Assembly (NCBI GenBank): GCA_025352825.1
Contig: JANXSG010000017.1
Coordinates: 755-64,754, forward strand
Reading direction: 5' to 3'
Source: Chthonomonadaceae bacterium
GTDB taxonomy: Bacteria; Armatimonadota; Chthonomonadetes; Chthonomonadales; Chthonomonadaceae
Length of the DNA: 64,000 nucleotides
Positions within the stretch are counted from its first letter, which is position 1. The number at the start of each line of letters is the position of its first letter. Shown one piece after another: positions 8,925-19,086 of the stretch. A model generated the notes under the pieces. It saw only the letters and a program-made list of their open reading frames with translations. It searched no databases and was not told where the DNA came from. Made by a program: the position numbers and the translations under genes.

Positions 8925-10997
8925 TTGAAAACCAGCGTTGAACACCAGGAATTCGAAAATATTCCACAGGCTGTTGTGTCTACTTCCGCAGTCCCTTCTC
9001 GTTCTCACAATCATTTTTCCATCCCGTTGGAGGCAGTTCGCCATGCCATTCATGGAGCCCAAAAGTGGCTTTTAGATAGGCAGGATGAGAGTGGATTTTG
9101 GGTGGGAGAACTCGAAGGTGATACTATTCTCGAAAGTGAATACATTCTTCTTCTCCAGTTCCTTGATAGACACGATCCCGAGAAATTCCGCAAGTTAGCC
9201 AACTATATCCGCCGATGGCAGCATCCGGATGGATATTGGCCGATCTATCCCGGTGGTCCCCCAGATGTAAGCTGCTCCGTAAAAGCCTACTTTGCCTGCA
9301 AACTGGCAGGTTTTACCGGCAACGAACCATTCATGCGGCGCGCTCGAAAGGCGATTCTTGCTGAGGGCGGGGTAACCCGATGCAACACCTTTACCAAGCT
9401 GTATCTCTCCATGTTTGGGCAGTACGACTGGCACGGTGTGCCTACGATTCCACCCGAAACTATTCTGCTTCCACACTGGTTCTATTTTAATATATACGCC
9501 ATGTCTTCATGGTCGCGCGCAATTCTAGTTCCACTCGCTGTTATGAACGCGCACAAGCCAAGCAGGCCTATTCCAGACACCGCCCACATCGATGAACTCT
9601 TTGTGGGAGGTAAAGAACGTAAGAAGATGGGCATTCACTGGGATAAAAAACCCCTCACATGGCGAAATGTTTTCCTGGTGTTTGATAAACTGCTCAAACT
9701 GCACGACGCAAGCCCTGTAAAACCCTTCCGAAAAAAGGCGCTTGATAGGTCGTTGGAATGGCTCCTGGAACGTGAAGAGCACAGCGGAGGGCTAGGGGCG
9801 ATCTTCCCTGCAATGACGCATGCCATTATGGCGTACAAATGCATGGGGCTAGCGGATAGCCATAAAGCGATATCACGAGAACTCAAAGAGCTCGCAAATT
9901 TTGAGATCGAAGAGAATGACCAGATTCGACTGCAGCCTTGCCTCTCACCTGTCTGGGATACAGCAATCGTAATCAATGCGCTCATAGATAGTGGCATCTC
10001 TGCGGATTCCGAAGCGATAACCAAAGCAGCTGAATGGCTTCTCACAAAACAGACCAAAAGTAAAGGCGACTGGGCGGTGATGTGCCCGGGTGTGGAGCCC
10101 GGTGGATGGTACTTTGAGATGGAGAACGAGTACTACCCTGATATCGATGACACGATAATGGTACTCATGGGGCTGTATAAAGCATATTGCCCTTCTGGAG
10201 AGCACTGGAGCGAGGCACCCGAACACGCCAGAGAATCCATGCGCAAAGGCCTGGAATGGGTTTTTGCAATGCAAAATAAGGATGGCGGGTGGGGCAGTTT
10301 CGATAAAGATAACAATCGTACGCTCTTTCAGTATGTGCCTTATGCGGATCATAATGCCATGCTCGATCCCTCCTCTGCGGACATCACTGCACGAACTTTG
10401 GAGATGTGTTCCTACTTTAGTCTAGGAAAATCGGATCCACATGTGCGACGGGCGCTAGACTATCTTTACCGTGAGCAGGAAGTAGATGGTTCGTGGTTTG
10501 GTCGATGGGGCGTTAACTACCTCTATGGTACGTGGCAGGTACTTCGTGGACTTGCCCGAGTGGGTGAAGATATGCAGGCTCCACGCATTCGAAAAGCTGT
10601 TCGCTGGCTGCACTCTGTTCAAAATGAAGATGGCGGATGGGGCGAGACCTGCCAATCGTACGATCCCGAACATCCGAAAGCGAACGGGCCAAGCACTCCT
10701 TCTCAATCGAGCTGGGCACTGATGGCGCTCATGAATGCAGGTGATATCGACAGTCCATTCATTAAACGGGGAATCGACTACCTGTTGAATGGCCAGAATG
10801 AGGATGGAACCTGGGAAGAAAAATGGTTCACCGGTACCGGATTCCCACGTGTTTTCTACCTGCGATACCACTACTATCGCCACTATTTTCCACTTTGGGC
10901 ATTGGCGCAGTATCACTCCTTTGAAACAGGTGAGATAGCTCCTACAACCGATTTCGAGAGAACACCAAGTGACCGTTTTGCCAATCTGGAAGTGTAA
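8925..10997 (+). CDS. shc: squalene-hopene cyclase
   Basis: QW repeats (QxxDGxW), QPCLSPVWDT, catalytic DIDDT, GRWGVNY, TGTGFPRVFYLRY. Confidence 0.97.
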   Translation: MKTSVEHQEFENIPQAVVSTSAVPSRSHNHFSIPLEAVRHAIHGAQKWLLDRQDESGFWVGELEGDTILESEYILLLQFLDRHDPEKFRKLANYIRRWQHPDGYWPIYPGGPPDVSCSVKAYFACKLAGFTGNEPFMRRARKAILAEGGVTRCNTFTKLYLSMFGQYDWHGVPTIPPETILLPHWFYFNIYAMSSWSRAILVPLAVMNAHKPSRPIPDTAHIDELFVGGKERKKMGIHWDKKPLTWRNVFLVFDKLLKLHDASPVKPFRKKALDRSLEWLLEREEHSGGLGAIFPAMTHAIMAYKCMGLADSHKAISRELKELANFEIEENDQIRLQPCLSPVWDTAIVINALIDSGISADSEAITKAAEWLLTKQTKSKGDWAVMCPGVEPGGWYFEMENEYYPDIDDTIMVLMGLYKAYCPSGEHWSEAPEHARESMRKGLEWVFAMQNKDGGWGSFDKDNNRTLFQYVPYADHNAMLDPSSADITARTLEMCSYFSLGKSDPHVRRALDYLYREQEVDGSWFGRWGVNYLYGTWQVLRGLARVGEDMQAPRIRKAVRWLHSVQNEDGGWGETCQSYDPEHPKANGPSTPSQSSWALMALMNAGDIDSPFIKRGIDYLLNGQNEDGTWEEKWFTGTGFPRVFYLRYHYYRHYFPLWALAQYHSFETGEIAPTTDFERTPSDRFANLEV

Positions 10998-11041
10998 TTG
11001 AGGTATAATATTCTATTAATTAGTTTGGCGGGAGACAGCGA

Positions 11042-12009
11042 TTGCATTTAAAGCATGTTTCTAAAATCAGTCTGTTATTGCTAGCGTCAGTCTGCTCACC
11101 CGGATTAATTATCGGATGTAAATCTAATTCTGATTCTTCGTTGGGGGACGTCGCTAAACCACAAACACCACCCACTGTAAAGTCTGAGCAGACACCGGTA
11201 GTAAAGGCCGAAACACCGCCTGCCGGGCTGGCTATGCACATACCACAATTGACAGGATTTCCGCCGTCAAGAGTTGGTACCAAAGATTTATCAAATAACA
11301 AAAATGCAATAGAAGCAGTTAAACCAGCACAAAATAGTTCAACTTCATCGCTGCATCCAGCTGCTGGCCATGAGGTAAATGATGCCAAATAAGCAGTAGT
11401 TGCTCTTGGGAATGCAAAAGGGATATCCGATCTCGCTGATCATCTAACCAATGAGTTAGCGGGGGCTATAGCAATGCCGATGCTGCTGGTGGTATCGATG
11501 ATGTCTGGATACGGTCAGATGGCTGGTAACATGGCGAACGGACAGCCCGGTGCAGCCGAGAAGATGAATAAGATAAACGATCTGTCGGCCGATACCAATG
11601 CAGTTATGAAGAAATATGGCTTGGATAAAAAATTACCAGGTAAAGATGATGCTTCCATCCTTAACTTAGAATCACATGGGCGAGCGCTCCTAAAAGATTT
11701 GGGTGGTTTGATGGATAAGATGGGTGGGGAGAGCAAGAAAACATCCAGCCTTTTTGGAAATAAAAATTTAATCAAGACGATGTAATATACAAAATTGTTA
11801 GTCCGATGGAAGTTAAACTTATCCCGAAAAAACCGGAAGACTTGAAAGACGCTCCGAAAGATTTATCGATGAAGTTTGAAGATGGCGCTTGGAGACTGGA
11901 CTTCGGTGGGGTAAAAGCGATGATGAAGCAGATGGGGACAAAACAGGAGCACTTTCGGGTGTATCAGGAACAAATCCTTTTGTCGGATCGGTTAAATAGG
12001 CTGGTGTAG
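11042..12009 (+). pseudogene. disrupted lipoprotein gene
   Basis: Lipobox LIIGC; in-frame TAA at 11390-11392 with the frame continuing into 11474..11785; frameshift near 11765-11785 into 11806..12009. Confidence 0.7.
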
Positions 12010-12013
12010 TTTT

Positions 12014-12149
12014 TTCACCTAACCCCTCGGCACCCTTCCCTGCACGCGCAAACGATAAAGCTGTTTGCACTAAGGAAGGGGGAGAGCCATAGTTGACAGA
12101 TTCTCCCTTTCCTCTTAGGTACGAGGGAATCATGGGCGGATCAGGTGAA
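12014..12149. repeat. palindromic element, reverse-complement copy of 16275-16411
   Basis: Shares GCAAACGATAAAGC.GTTTGCACTA and GGTACGAGG cores; ends TTCACCT...AGGTGAA. Confidence 0.8.
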
Positions 12150-12213
12150 GCATTGAAATACCAATGGTTTTCTCTCATGTTTGTTTTAGTTTTGAGGAAG
12201 GGAAGAGTAGATA

Positions 12214-13218
12214 ATGCGTTTTCCGATTGGTTTCACAATGGCACAGGCCAAACATCGTACCAAAATGGAGCGATCCGGGCAAAAAAGATATCCCACTGTG
12301 ATCATGCTGGAGCCGTTGTATACCTGTAATCTGGCTTGCCTGGGCTGTTCGGTCGAGCGCCATACGGGTAAACTGGTAGATCGTATGCCGGTAGCCGATC
12401 TGCTCAAAGCGGTTGACGATTGCGGCGCCCCTATCGTAAATATCTGTGGCGGTGAACCGACGCTTTATCCTGAACTCAAAGAGCTGTGTGAGGGAATTAT
12501 TGTGCGTGGGAAATATATCATTCTTTGCACCAACGCATTGAAACTAGATACGAAGGTGTTCGATATCATTCCTCCCAGCCCGCATCTTTTCTTGATGATT
12601 CACCTGGATGGAATGCGCGAGACTCACGACTATGTATGCAATAGAAAAGGTGTATTCGATAAAGCTGTAGAGATGGTGAAACAGGCCAGAGATCGAGGAT
12701 ACTATACTTATCTAAACACGACGGTTTTCAAAGAGACCAACGTGTCTGAAGTTGAGGACTTATGCAAGCTGGTGGATGAGTTGAAAGCGAACGGTATCCT
12801 TATTTCGCCCGGATACGAGTACGAGAGCGTGGACAAGGAGATGTTCCTTACGAAAGACCAGATCCACGAAAAATTCAAAGCAATCCGTGAATTCTCTCCA
12901 CGCTATAAGATCAACGCCACTCCAATGTTCCTGGAGTTTGCTGCTGGTATGCGCGAGCTTCCCTGCGCGCCCTGGTCGACTGTAAACTACACACCTAAAG
13001 GCTGGAAAGCGCCATGCTACTTGGTGGAAGGGGCGGGCTACTTCGAATCGTGGGATGAGTTTTGGAATAAGACGAACTGGGAATACTGGGAATCTCGCCT
13101 TGACGACAAATGCCAAAACTGTAAAATGCACAGTGGATTCGAACATAGCGCTGTAAGTGAAGCGATGAAAACAGTTGGCGGAACAATCAAACTTGCGGCC
13201 TGGTCGCTTTCTAAGTAA
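12214..13218 (+). CDS. hpnH: radical SAM adenosylhopane synthase HpnH
   Basis: MLEPLYTCNLACLGC, GGEP, LCTNAL, ISPGY, C-terminal PCYL...CQNCKMHSGFE; shc context. Confidence 0.88.
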   Translation: MRFPIGFTMAQAKHRTKMERSGQKRYPTVIMLEPLYTCNLACLGCSVERHTGKLVDRMPVADLLKAVDDCGAPIVNICGGEPTLYPELKELCEGIIVRGKYIILCTNALKLDTKVFDIIPPSPHLFLMIHLDGMRETHDYVCNRKGVFDKAVEMVKQARDRGYYTYLNTTVFKETNVSEVEDLCKLVDELKANGILISPGYEYESVDKEMFLTKDQIHEKFKAIREFSPRYKINATPMFLEFAAGMRELPCAPWSTVNYTPKGWKAPCYLVEGAGYFESWDEFWNKTNWEYWESRLDDKCQNCKMHSGFEHSAVSEAMKTVGGTIKLAAWSLSK

Positions 13219-13242
13219 TAGATGGTAGAATACAAAAGCATT

Positions 13243-13463
13243 GCCGGGCACTAAAGTACCCGTCTGGGAGGCATGCGGCCAACCGCCCTGCGGGCGGGAA
13301 ATCGCATCGATTAATTAGCCCATGCAGGGAGCCTAAGCGACCGGAGATGGGCTTCGCAAATCCAGACCGGTACTTTAGTGCCGCGTCAAAACCAACCGCC
13401 ATGCGGGCGCGAATTGCGTCTGAAAGACGTCAGTTTTTGATGACGGGAGTTTTCAACTCCCGG
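13243..13463. repeat. REP-like modular repeat (family B)
   Basis: GCCGGGCACTAAAGTACCCG, CCGCCC-TGC-GGGCGG, CGTCTGAAAGACG, CGGGAGTT-TTC-AACTCCCG; homologs at 23077, 24411-24869, 29746. Confidence 0.85.
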
Positions 13464-13508
13464 AGAGCGAAGAGATAAAACCTTCGCTAATATAATGAGG
13501 TTGCAGCA

Positions 13509-14510
13509 TTGCTGTCTTTAGTAACCGGTGCGACCGGATTTATTGGGAGCCATGTAGCTCGGCTTCTGGAACAGCGCGGAGAGAAGATACGTCTCCTGGT
13601 TAGAGCAGGCAGCAGGCAAGACAATATCGCTCGGCTCGATCCATCATTGACTGAGATTATCTGTGGAGACTTGAAGGATTCTAAGTCGCTAATCGAGGCG
13701 GCGAGAGGCTGTGACCGGCTGTATCATGTAGCCGCCGACTATCGGCTCTGGGCTCGCGATCCGCAGGAACTGTACAAATCGAATGTGGATGGAACCCGAT
13801 CTCTTCTTCAAGCCGCTCTCGATGCCGGGGTGGAGAGAGTAGTCTATACTAGCACGGTGGGAGCGCTTGGTATTCCGAAAGACGGCACTCCTGGCAATGA
13901 GGACACACCTGTTAGTTTAGATAACATGATCGGCAACTACAAACGGTCGAAGTATCTGGCGGAGATTGAAGCTGCATCGTTTGTTGAAAAGGGACTTTCG
14001 GTTGTTATCGTCAACCCGAGCACGCCGGTGGGGGAGATGGATATTAAGCCGACGCCCACCGGTCAGATTATTCTGGATTTTCTCAATCGGCGTCTGCCAG
14101 CATTTGTCGATACTGGCCTAAATCTTGTGGATGTGCGGGATGTGGCACAAGGTATAATATTAGCTGGGGATAATGGGAAACCTGGTCGGCGCTATATCCT
14201 GGGTAATCAGAATCTTTCGATGCAGCAGATGATGCAGATGCTGGATGAAATTACTGGATTGAGTGCGCCAAAAATACGTTTACCTTATGCAGCAGCATGG
14301 CTCGCGGTAGGCATTGAAAATTTGGTCGTTGATAAAATTCTGCACATAGAGCCTGCTCACCCTTTTGAAGGGGTGCAGATGGCTAAATATAAGATGTTTT
14401 TCGACGCTTCACGGGCTGTTCAAGAGTTGGGTTTACCACAATCTTCAGTATCTGAGGCGCTTAGCAGAGCTGTGGAGTGGTTTAAAACGAATGGCTATGT
14501 GTATCGATGA
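13509..14510 (+). CDS. hpnA: hopanoid-associated NAD-dependent epimerase/dehydratase HpnA
   Basis: TGATGFIG, HVAADYRLW, YKRSK, DIKPTPTG. Confidence 0.92.
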   Translation: MLSLVTGATGFIGSHVARLLEQRGEKIRLLVRAGSRQDNIARLDPSLTEIICGDLKDSKSLIEAARGCDRLYHVAADYRLWARDPQELYKSNVDGTRSLLQAALDAGVERVVYTSTVGALGIPKDGTPGNEDTPVSLDNMIGNYKRSKYLAEIEAASFVEKGLSVVIVNPSTPVGEMDIKPTPTGQIILDFLNRRLPAFVDTGLNLVDVRDVAQGIILAGDNGKPGRRYILGNQNLSMQQMMQMLDEITGLSAPKIRLPYAAAWLAVGIENLVVDKILHIEPAHPFEGVQMAKYKMFFDASRAVQELGLPQSSVSEALSRAVEWFKTNGYVYR

Positions 14511-14564
14511 GGGAATAGCCCAGTATGGGATCTGAGATGCTCTCTAAATAGAAAGAGGAGACTG

Positions 14565-15452
14565 GTGGCTAACGGATCAAATCGTAGAGTGATTATGGCG
14601 AAAGAGGTAGGGTTTTGCTTCGGTGTGAAGCGAGCTATTAATCTCACTCGACAGGCACTTGCCGAACGTGAAGATGTCTTTATTCTTGGTGATCTTGTTC
14701 ATAACAAACGTGTCACCGATGAGCTTGAAGGCAAAGGGCTGCGTAAGATTGAGGACTATGATAACGAGAAAAAAGGCACGATGGTCATCCGTGCACACGG
14801 ACTTCCTGAAGAGAAGATTCGTGAGATAAAATCACGCGGCATCGATGTAGTGGACGCCACCTGCCCGATTGTGCTTCGTGCTCAAGAAGCTGCACAGTCT
14901 CTTGAAAAACGCGGCTGTCAAGTAGTGATTGTGGGTGATCGAAATCATGCGGAAATCAAAGGAATACTAGGCGCATTGGAATCCCCTGCACTGGTAGTCG
15001 ATAGTGTTGAGGAGCTTCGTGAAGCAAAAGAGAGCCGAAAATTGATGCGTAAAGTCGGAGTAATTTTTCAGACTACGCATGCACTCGAACTTTGCAATGC
15101 TATCGTTAACGAGATGCTGATGATGTGCAAAGAGATACAGATCATCAACACTATATGCCGGCCAGTACAGAATCGCCAGGATGATGCGATTGAACTCGCT
15201 TCTAAAGTACAGCTTATGATCGTGGTTGGATCGCGCACTAGCGCTAACACCATGGAACTAGCGGCGCTGTGCCTAAATTACAATGTTAACACAATCCACG
15301 TTCAAAGTGCTGAAGAGCTCTCCTTCTCCGCTTTTGAAAATTTTGATTTGATCGGAATAGCTTCTGGCCTCTCTACTCCCGAAGATCTGGTCGAGGCAGT
15401 AAAAGTCAAAGTTCTCACCATGCAAGCCGACCCAGAGCTGGCGATAGCGTAG
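14565..15452 (+). CDS. ispH: 4-hydroxy-3-methylbut-2-enyl diphosphate reductase
   Basis: GFCFGV, RAHG, DATCP, HAEI, QTT, NTIC, GLSTP; SD GAGGAG. Confidence 0.95.
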   Translation: MANGSNRRVIMAKEVGFCFGVKRAINLTRQALAEREDVFILGDLVHNKRVTDELEGKGLRKIEDYDNEKKGTMVIRAHGLPEEKIREIKSRGIDVVDATCPIVLRAQEAAQSLEKRGCQVVIVGDRNHAEIKGILGALESPALVVDSVEELREAKESRKLMRKVGVIFQTTHALELCNAIVNEMLMMCKEIQIINTICRPVQNRQDDAIELASKVQLMIVVGSRTSANTMELAALCLNYNVNTIHVQSAEELSFSAFENFDLIGIASGLSTPEDLVEAVKVKVLTMQADPELAIA

Positions 15453-15453
15453 T

Positions 15454-16164
15454 TTGAAAGATTCAGTTTTTAGAATTATAGTACTTTTTGCATTGCCAGA
15501 AGAGATGGCACCATTCAAAAAACGATTCGGAAACGAGAAAAATGTCACCATCGCCTGTTCCGGTACGGGAGCGGTTAATTCGGCAAGAAAAACTGAGAAT
15601 GTTTTAAATGATGCCGTCCCAGCTAACACATTCCTTTTCATATGCGGATTTGCAGGGGGACTCTCACCGGAATCGAAACCTGGTGATGTAATTATCGCTG
15701 AGCAAGTTTCGAGTGCAGATTGGACATTGCCACTTTTGCCTGACAGCGTATTATCTGCTAAATCGGGTAATATTAGTTTACAAGGTTCGTCTATCTGTCG
15801 TGGCAAGCTGCTTAGTGTAGACTCTGTGCTTTCCACTCCTGGCGAAAAGAAGATCGCTTTCGGCACCAATGGAGCGCTTGCGGTGGATATGGAAACTGCG
15901 GCAGCTGCCTCAGCCGCTGAAAAAAGAAATATAAGATGGCTGAGCGTTCGAGCAATCACAGATGGCGCAGACGATCATATGCCTTTTGATTTCAACAAAA
16001 TGGCTGGACAAGATGGTCAGATAAAACGCTCAAAAATCGTGTTTGCTGCTATCACTTATCCGTGGAAAATTCCAGCATTGATCAGGCTGGGAAAACGGTC
16101 ATCAAAGGCTGCACATAACCTGACAATTGTGCTTGAAATGCTCATTAGAAAATTGCAGGAATAG
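15454..16164 (+). CDS. hpnG: HpnG-like nucleoside phosphorylase
   Basis: PNP/MTA motifs GFAGGL..PGDVI, AVDMET, VRAITD; hopanoid context. Confidence 0.75.
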   Translation: MKDSVFRIIVLFALPEEMAPFKKRFGNEKNVTIACSGTGAVNSARKTENVLNDAVPANTFLFICGFAGGLSPESKPGDVIIAEQVSSADWTLPLLPDSVLSAKSGNISLQGSSICRGKLLSVDSVLSTPGEKKIAFGTNGALAVDMETAAAASAAEKRNIRWLSVRAITDGADDHMPFDFNKMAGQDGQIKRSKIVFAAITYPWKIPALIRLGKRSSKAAHNLTIVLEMLIRKLQE

Positions 16165-16259
16165 AAAATGAAGCAACGGCACGGCACTGCAGCAATACAT
16201 ATCCCAGATGCCTTCAGTAAAAAGTATCGGCATCGAAAGCCCATTGAAGGCTTTTTTTA

Positions 16260-17732
16260 ATGCTCAAAGTGTTACCTAACCCCCGAACCCCCTACCCTGA
16301 TTTCCTCGTACCTCGGAGGGAAGGGGATATTTTGAATATTGACTCCCCCCCTACCCTAGTGCAAACTGCTTTATCGTTTGCACCTGCAGGGAAGGGGGCC
16401 GGGGGGTTAGGTATACTATCCGCACTGCTTCTCTCAATCTCAATATCCAGTGCTTACTCCCAGTCCGACACTTCGTCCATCCCACTTACAATAGATCAAT
16501 CTGTAGCTTTCGCAATACATCACAGTCCACAGGTGGCTGGTGCAAGGATAACACGTGACTCAGCAGTGCTATCGGCGGAGCGGGATCGTCCATCCGTTCG
16601 TTCCACACTGAATTTGATAACAAATGCTACTATTCAAGGGCCGCATGTCACTTTTCCTCGGTCGGATGGCTTTGCATCTACTGTAATCCCCGAACAGTAT
16701 GGAAAAGTATCCCTTGTTTTTGAACAACCGCTATACCGCTCTGGTTTGAAGCAGGCTACCGCCCGCTACACATCTGAAATTGCACTTCCTGGCCTTGAAT
16801 TTCGAAAAGATCTCACCGCGCTTGTTCTTGCTGTCAAAAAGGGATATATTGCTGTGCTGCGTGCTCAGACCGGAGTTCTGATCGCTTCAAAACAGATGGA
16901 AGCAGCCATTCAAAGTCACACTCTCGCCCTTAAACAGATAGAAGCCGGCACGGCTAAACCAGTAGATGCGTACACGTCGAACTCGTTAGTACTAGAATCC
17001 AAAGCGGGAGTGTTGCTTGCTGAAGAGGGGCAGCAGTTAGCAACACTCAATTTCAATCGTCTACTGGGCAGAGCGTTTGAGAACAGGGTAGTGCTAAAAC
17101 AGTTTTCGGGACTTCCCGTACTGCCTGTATCGGTGCAGGCAGCCATCGAGAAAGCGATGCATATGCGTCCGGAAATACTCACACTTCAGAACAATCTGGA
17201 TGCTGCTCGAGCTGGCCTGCAGCTTGCTAAAATTGGAGATTCACCTTCTCTCGGTTTCCGTGCAGAGATTACACAGCAAACCAGGTCTGCATTTTTACCG
17301 GCAAGTTACTACGCCGCAACCCTTGAAATGAGATGGCCCCTCCTGGATATGGGCAAGACACACCAGGATACAAAAGAAGCACGGGCAGCGGTGCTCCGGC
17401 TAGAAGCCGCTTTGGAAGAAGCAAAGCAGAGTGTAGATATGGAGGTTAGGCAAGCTTGGGTACATTTAAAAACCACTCTCGACCGCTTTAGTATTATTCG
17501 TCTTCAGATGCATGGTGTGGAAGTAACAGCTCTTGTTGCACAGAAAGCCTATCAAGTTGGAAGAGGCACATTTTTTGAGATGCAAGCGGCGAATCGGCAG
17601 CTCCAGATAACCAGTGAGAATGAAAATCAAGCACGATACGACGTATGGGAAGCGATGATAGAATTTGAATCTGCACAGGGAGACGATAAATCTTATCTTT
17701 CGTTAGCATCTGTGCATGAAAGGTTTAAATGA
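16260..17732 (+). CDS. TolC-family outer membrane efflux protein with a repeat inside its N-terminus
   Basis: Two OEP-like repeats (QPLY..G, RPEI, WPLLDMG); signal h-region ILSALLLSISISSAYS lies after the repeat-derived segment. Confidence 0.85.
   Translation: MLKVLPNPRTPYPDFLVPRREGDILNIDSPPTLVQTALSFAPAGKGAGGLGILSALLLSISISSAYSQSDTSSIPLTIDQSVAFAIHHSPQVAGARITRDSAVLSAERDRPSVRSTLNLITNATIQGPHVTFPRSDGFASTVIPEQYGKVSLVFEQPLYRSGLKQATARYTSEIALPGLEFRKDLTALVLAVKKGYIAVLRAQTGVLIASKQMEAAIQSHTLALKQIEAGTAKPVDAYTSNSLVLESKAGVLLAEEGQQLATLNFNRLLGRAFENRVVLKQFSGLPVLPVSVQAAIEKAMHMRPEILTLQNNLDAARAGLQLAKIGDSPSLGFRAEITQQTRSAFLPASYYAATLEMRWPLLDMGKTHQDTKEARAAVLRLEAALEEAKQSVDMEVRQAWVHLKTTLDRFSIIRLQMHGVEVTALVAQKAYQVGRGTFFEMQAANRQLQITSENENQARYDVWEAMIEFESAQGDDKSYLSLASVHERFK
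16275..16411. mobile_element. 137-bp TA-flanked palindromic element inside the TolC ORF
   Basis: TA|CCTAACCCCC...GGGGGTTAGG|TA; intergenic copy at 12014-12149. Confidence 0.75.
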
Positions 17733-19015
17733 AATCATTTTTCCTGTTCACAGGCGTAATATTTTTATGTGCACTTGTATGGTATGGATTTAAGACCTCA
17801 TTAAAACCTGCGGTCTCAGCTCTTTCTAATTCGTCTCAACACGGAAATGACATCAAGACACCTGCTAGCAATATCAATACTTTGAAAGAATCCGTCGTGG
17901 CTGAATCTAAGTCGTATAAATTAAGTATGACAGGAACTGTGATGCCCGATGCGCAGTCCACACTTACTGTACGAATGCCAAGCCGGATTGCAAAAGTGCT
18001 GGTACAGCAGGGAGATACAGTGCGCCCTAGGCAGATATTAGTTCAGTTTGATGATACGGAGATATTGAATCAAATACGAATATACTCTGCTGCAATGGAG
18101 GCAGCAAGGATCCAATTAAATAAAGCCTATTTGGGAAAGGCTGCACAGAAGCTTAAACTCCAGGTCGATCAAAGTTCTGCTCGGGCCTCACTGCTACAAA
18201 CCAAGCAGAAACTCAAACAGTCTCTGCTTTCTGCAGATGCGGCAAGTGAAGATGCAAAAAGTGAAATAGCTCTTGCCGAAGATACAGTAAGTAAAGCACA
18301 AAATGTTCATACGCAAGCTCAGGTTACGCTGAAAAACCTGGAGAAACTAGCGCAGGCAGGCGGAGTTTCAATGGCAGATTTAGAGGGAGCAAAGCTGCAG
18401 GAATCTACTTCAAACTCTGATCTAAAATCTGCACGCACCCAGCTTAAAAGGCTGCAAGCGAGTCCTGATAAAACAAATGCTATTTCGTATCGCACGGCAC
18501 TTGCACAAAAAGACGTCGAAATAGCGCGCCAAGGTGTAGCTCAGAGTGATATTGCTGTAGGAACAGCCGACAAGGCTTTTCTGCAGGGAGTCAATCTATC
18601 TGTACAAGATATTCGTTCTGCCGCAGCCCAGTTAGATCAGGCAAGAGCCAGTTATCAAGGAGCAGTTGCTCAGCATAATTTTTATCAGTTAGTAAGCCCT
18701 TTGCACGGAATAGTTTCGAGTATCAGCGCGAGAGTAGGGGAGACAGCTCAGCCGGGTTCCCCTTTATTGAGTGTTGTTTCTGCTGATGGACTGCATGTAG
18801 AAGCCCTGGTATCAGCAAGGCATTTATCTCACATGCGCATACATCTTCCCGTACAAGTGCGAGTAGATACGATGCCAGGAAAACTGTATAATGCTCACAC
18901 TTCTTTTATTTCGCATACGGCGGAATCCGATGGCAGAAGTTTTCGTGTAAGATTTGAATTTGATAAGCGCGTGATCATACAGCCAGGTGTAGCTGCTACG
19001 ATTACTCTTCGATGA
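17729..19015 (+). CDS. HlyD/RND periplasmic adaptor subunit
   Basis: N-terminal TM, lipoyl halves (VQQGDTV, SPLHGIV..VGE..QPGSPL), long alpha-hairpin; ATGA coupling. Confidence 0.88.
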   Translation: MKSFFLFTGVIFLCALVWYGFKTSLKPAVSALSNSSQHGNDIKTPASNINTLKESVVAESKSYKLSMTGTVMPDAQSTLTVRMPSRIAKVLVQQGDTVRPRQILVQFDDTEILNQIRIYSAAMEAARIQLNKAYLGKAAQKLKLQVDQSSARASLLQTKQKLKQSLLSADAASEDAKSEIALAEDTVSKAQNVHTQAQVTLKNLEKLAQAGGVSMADLEGAKLQESTSNSDLKSARTQLKRLQASPDKTNAISYRTALAQKDVEIARQGVAQSDIAVGTADKAFLQGVNLSVQDIRSAAAQLDQARASYQGAVAQHNFYQLVSPLHGIVSSISARVGETAQPGSPLLSVVSADGLHVEALVSARHLSHMRIHLPVQVRVDTMPGKLYNAHTSFISHTAESDGRSFRVRFEFDKRVIIQPGVAATITLR

Positions 19016-19086
19016 TCTCAACACTTATTGCAGTACCCATCAAAAATAGAGGGTTTTGTTCTGATCGTGTTGAATCATCATACTAG
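19012..19086 (+). pseudogene. possible 5' stub of an RND (CusA/AcrB-type) permease
   Basis: ATGA-coupled MISTLIAVPIKNRGF; removing one T in GGGTTTTG continues VLIVL. Confidence 0.35.

Noticed and set aside
11390..11392. programmed read-through (Sec/Pyl)
   Set aside because: The codon is TAA and additional frameshifts indicate decay
11819..12329. ORFs 11819..12178 (-) and 12093..12329 (+)
   Set aside because: Derived from the palindromic element and overlapping real genes
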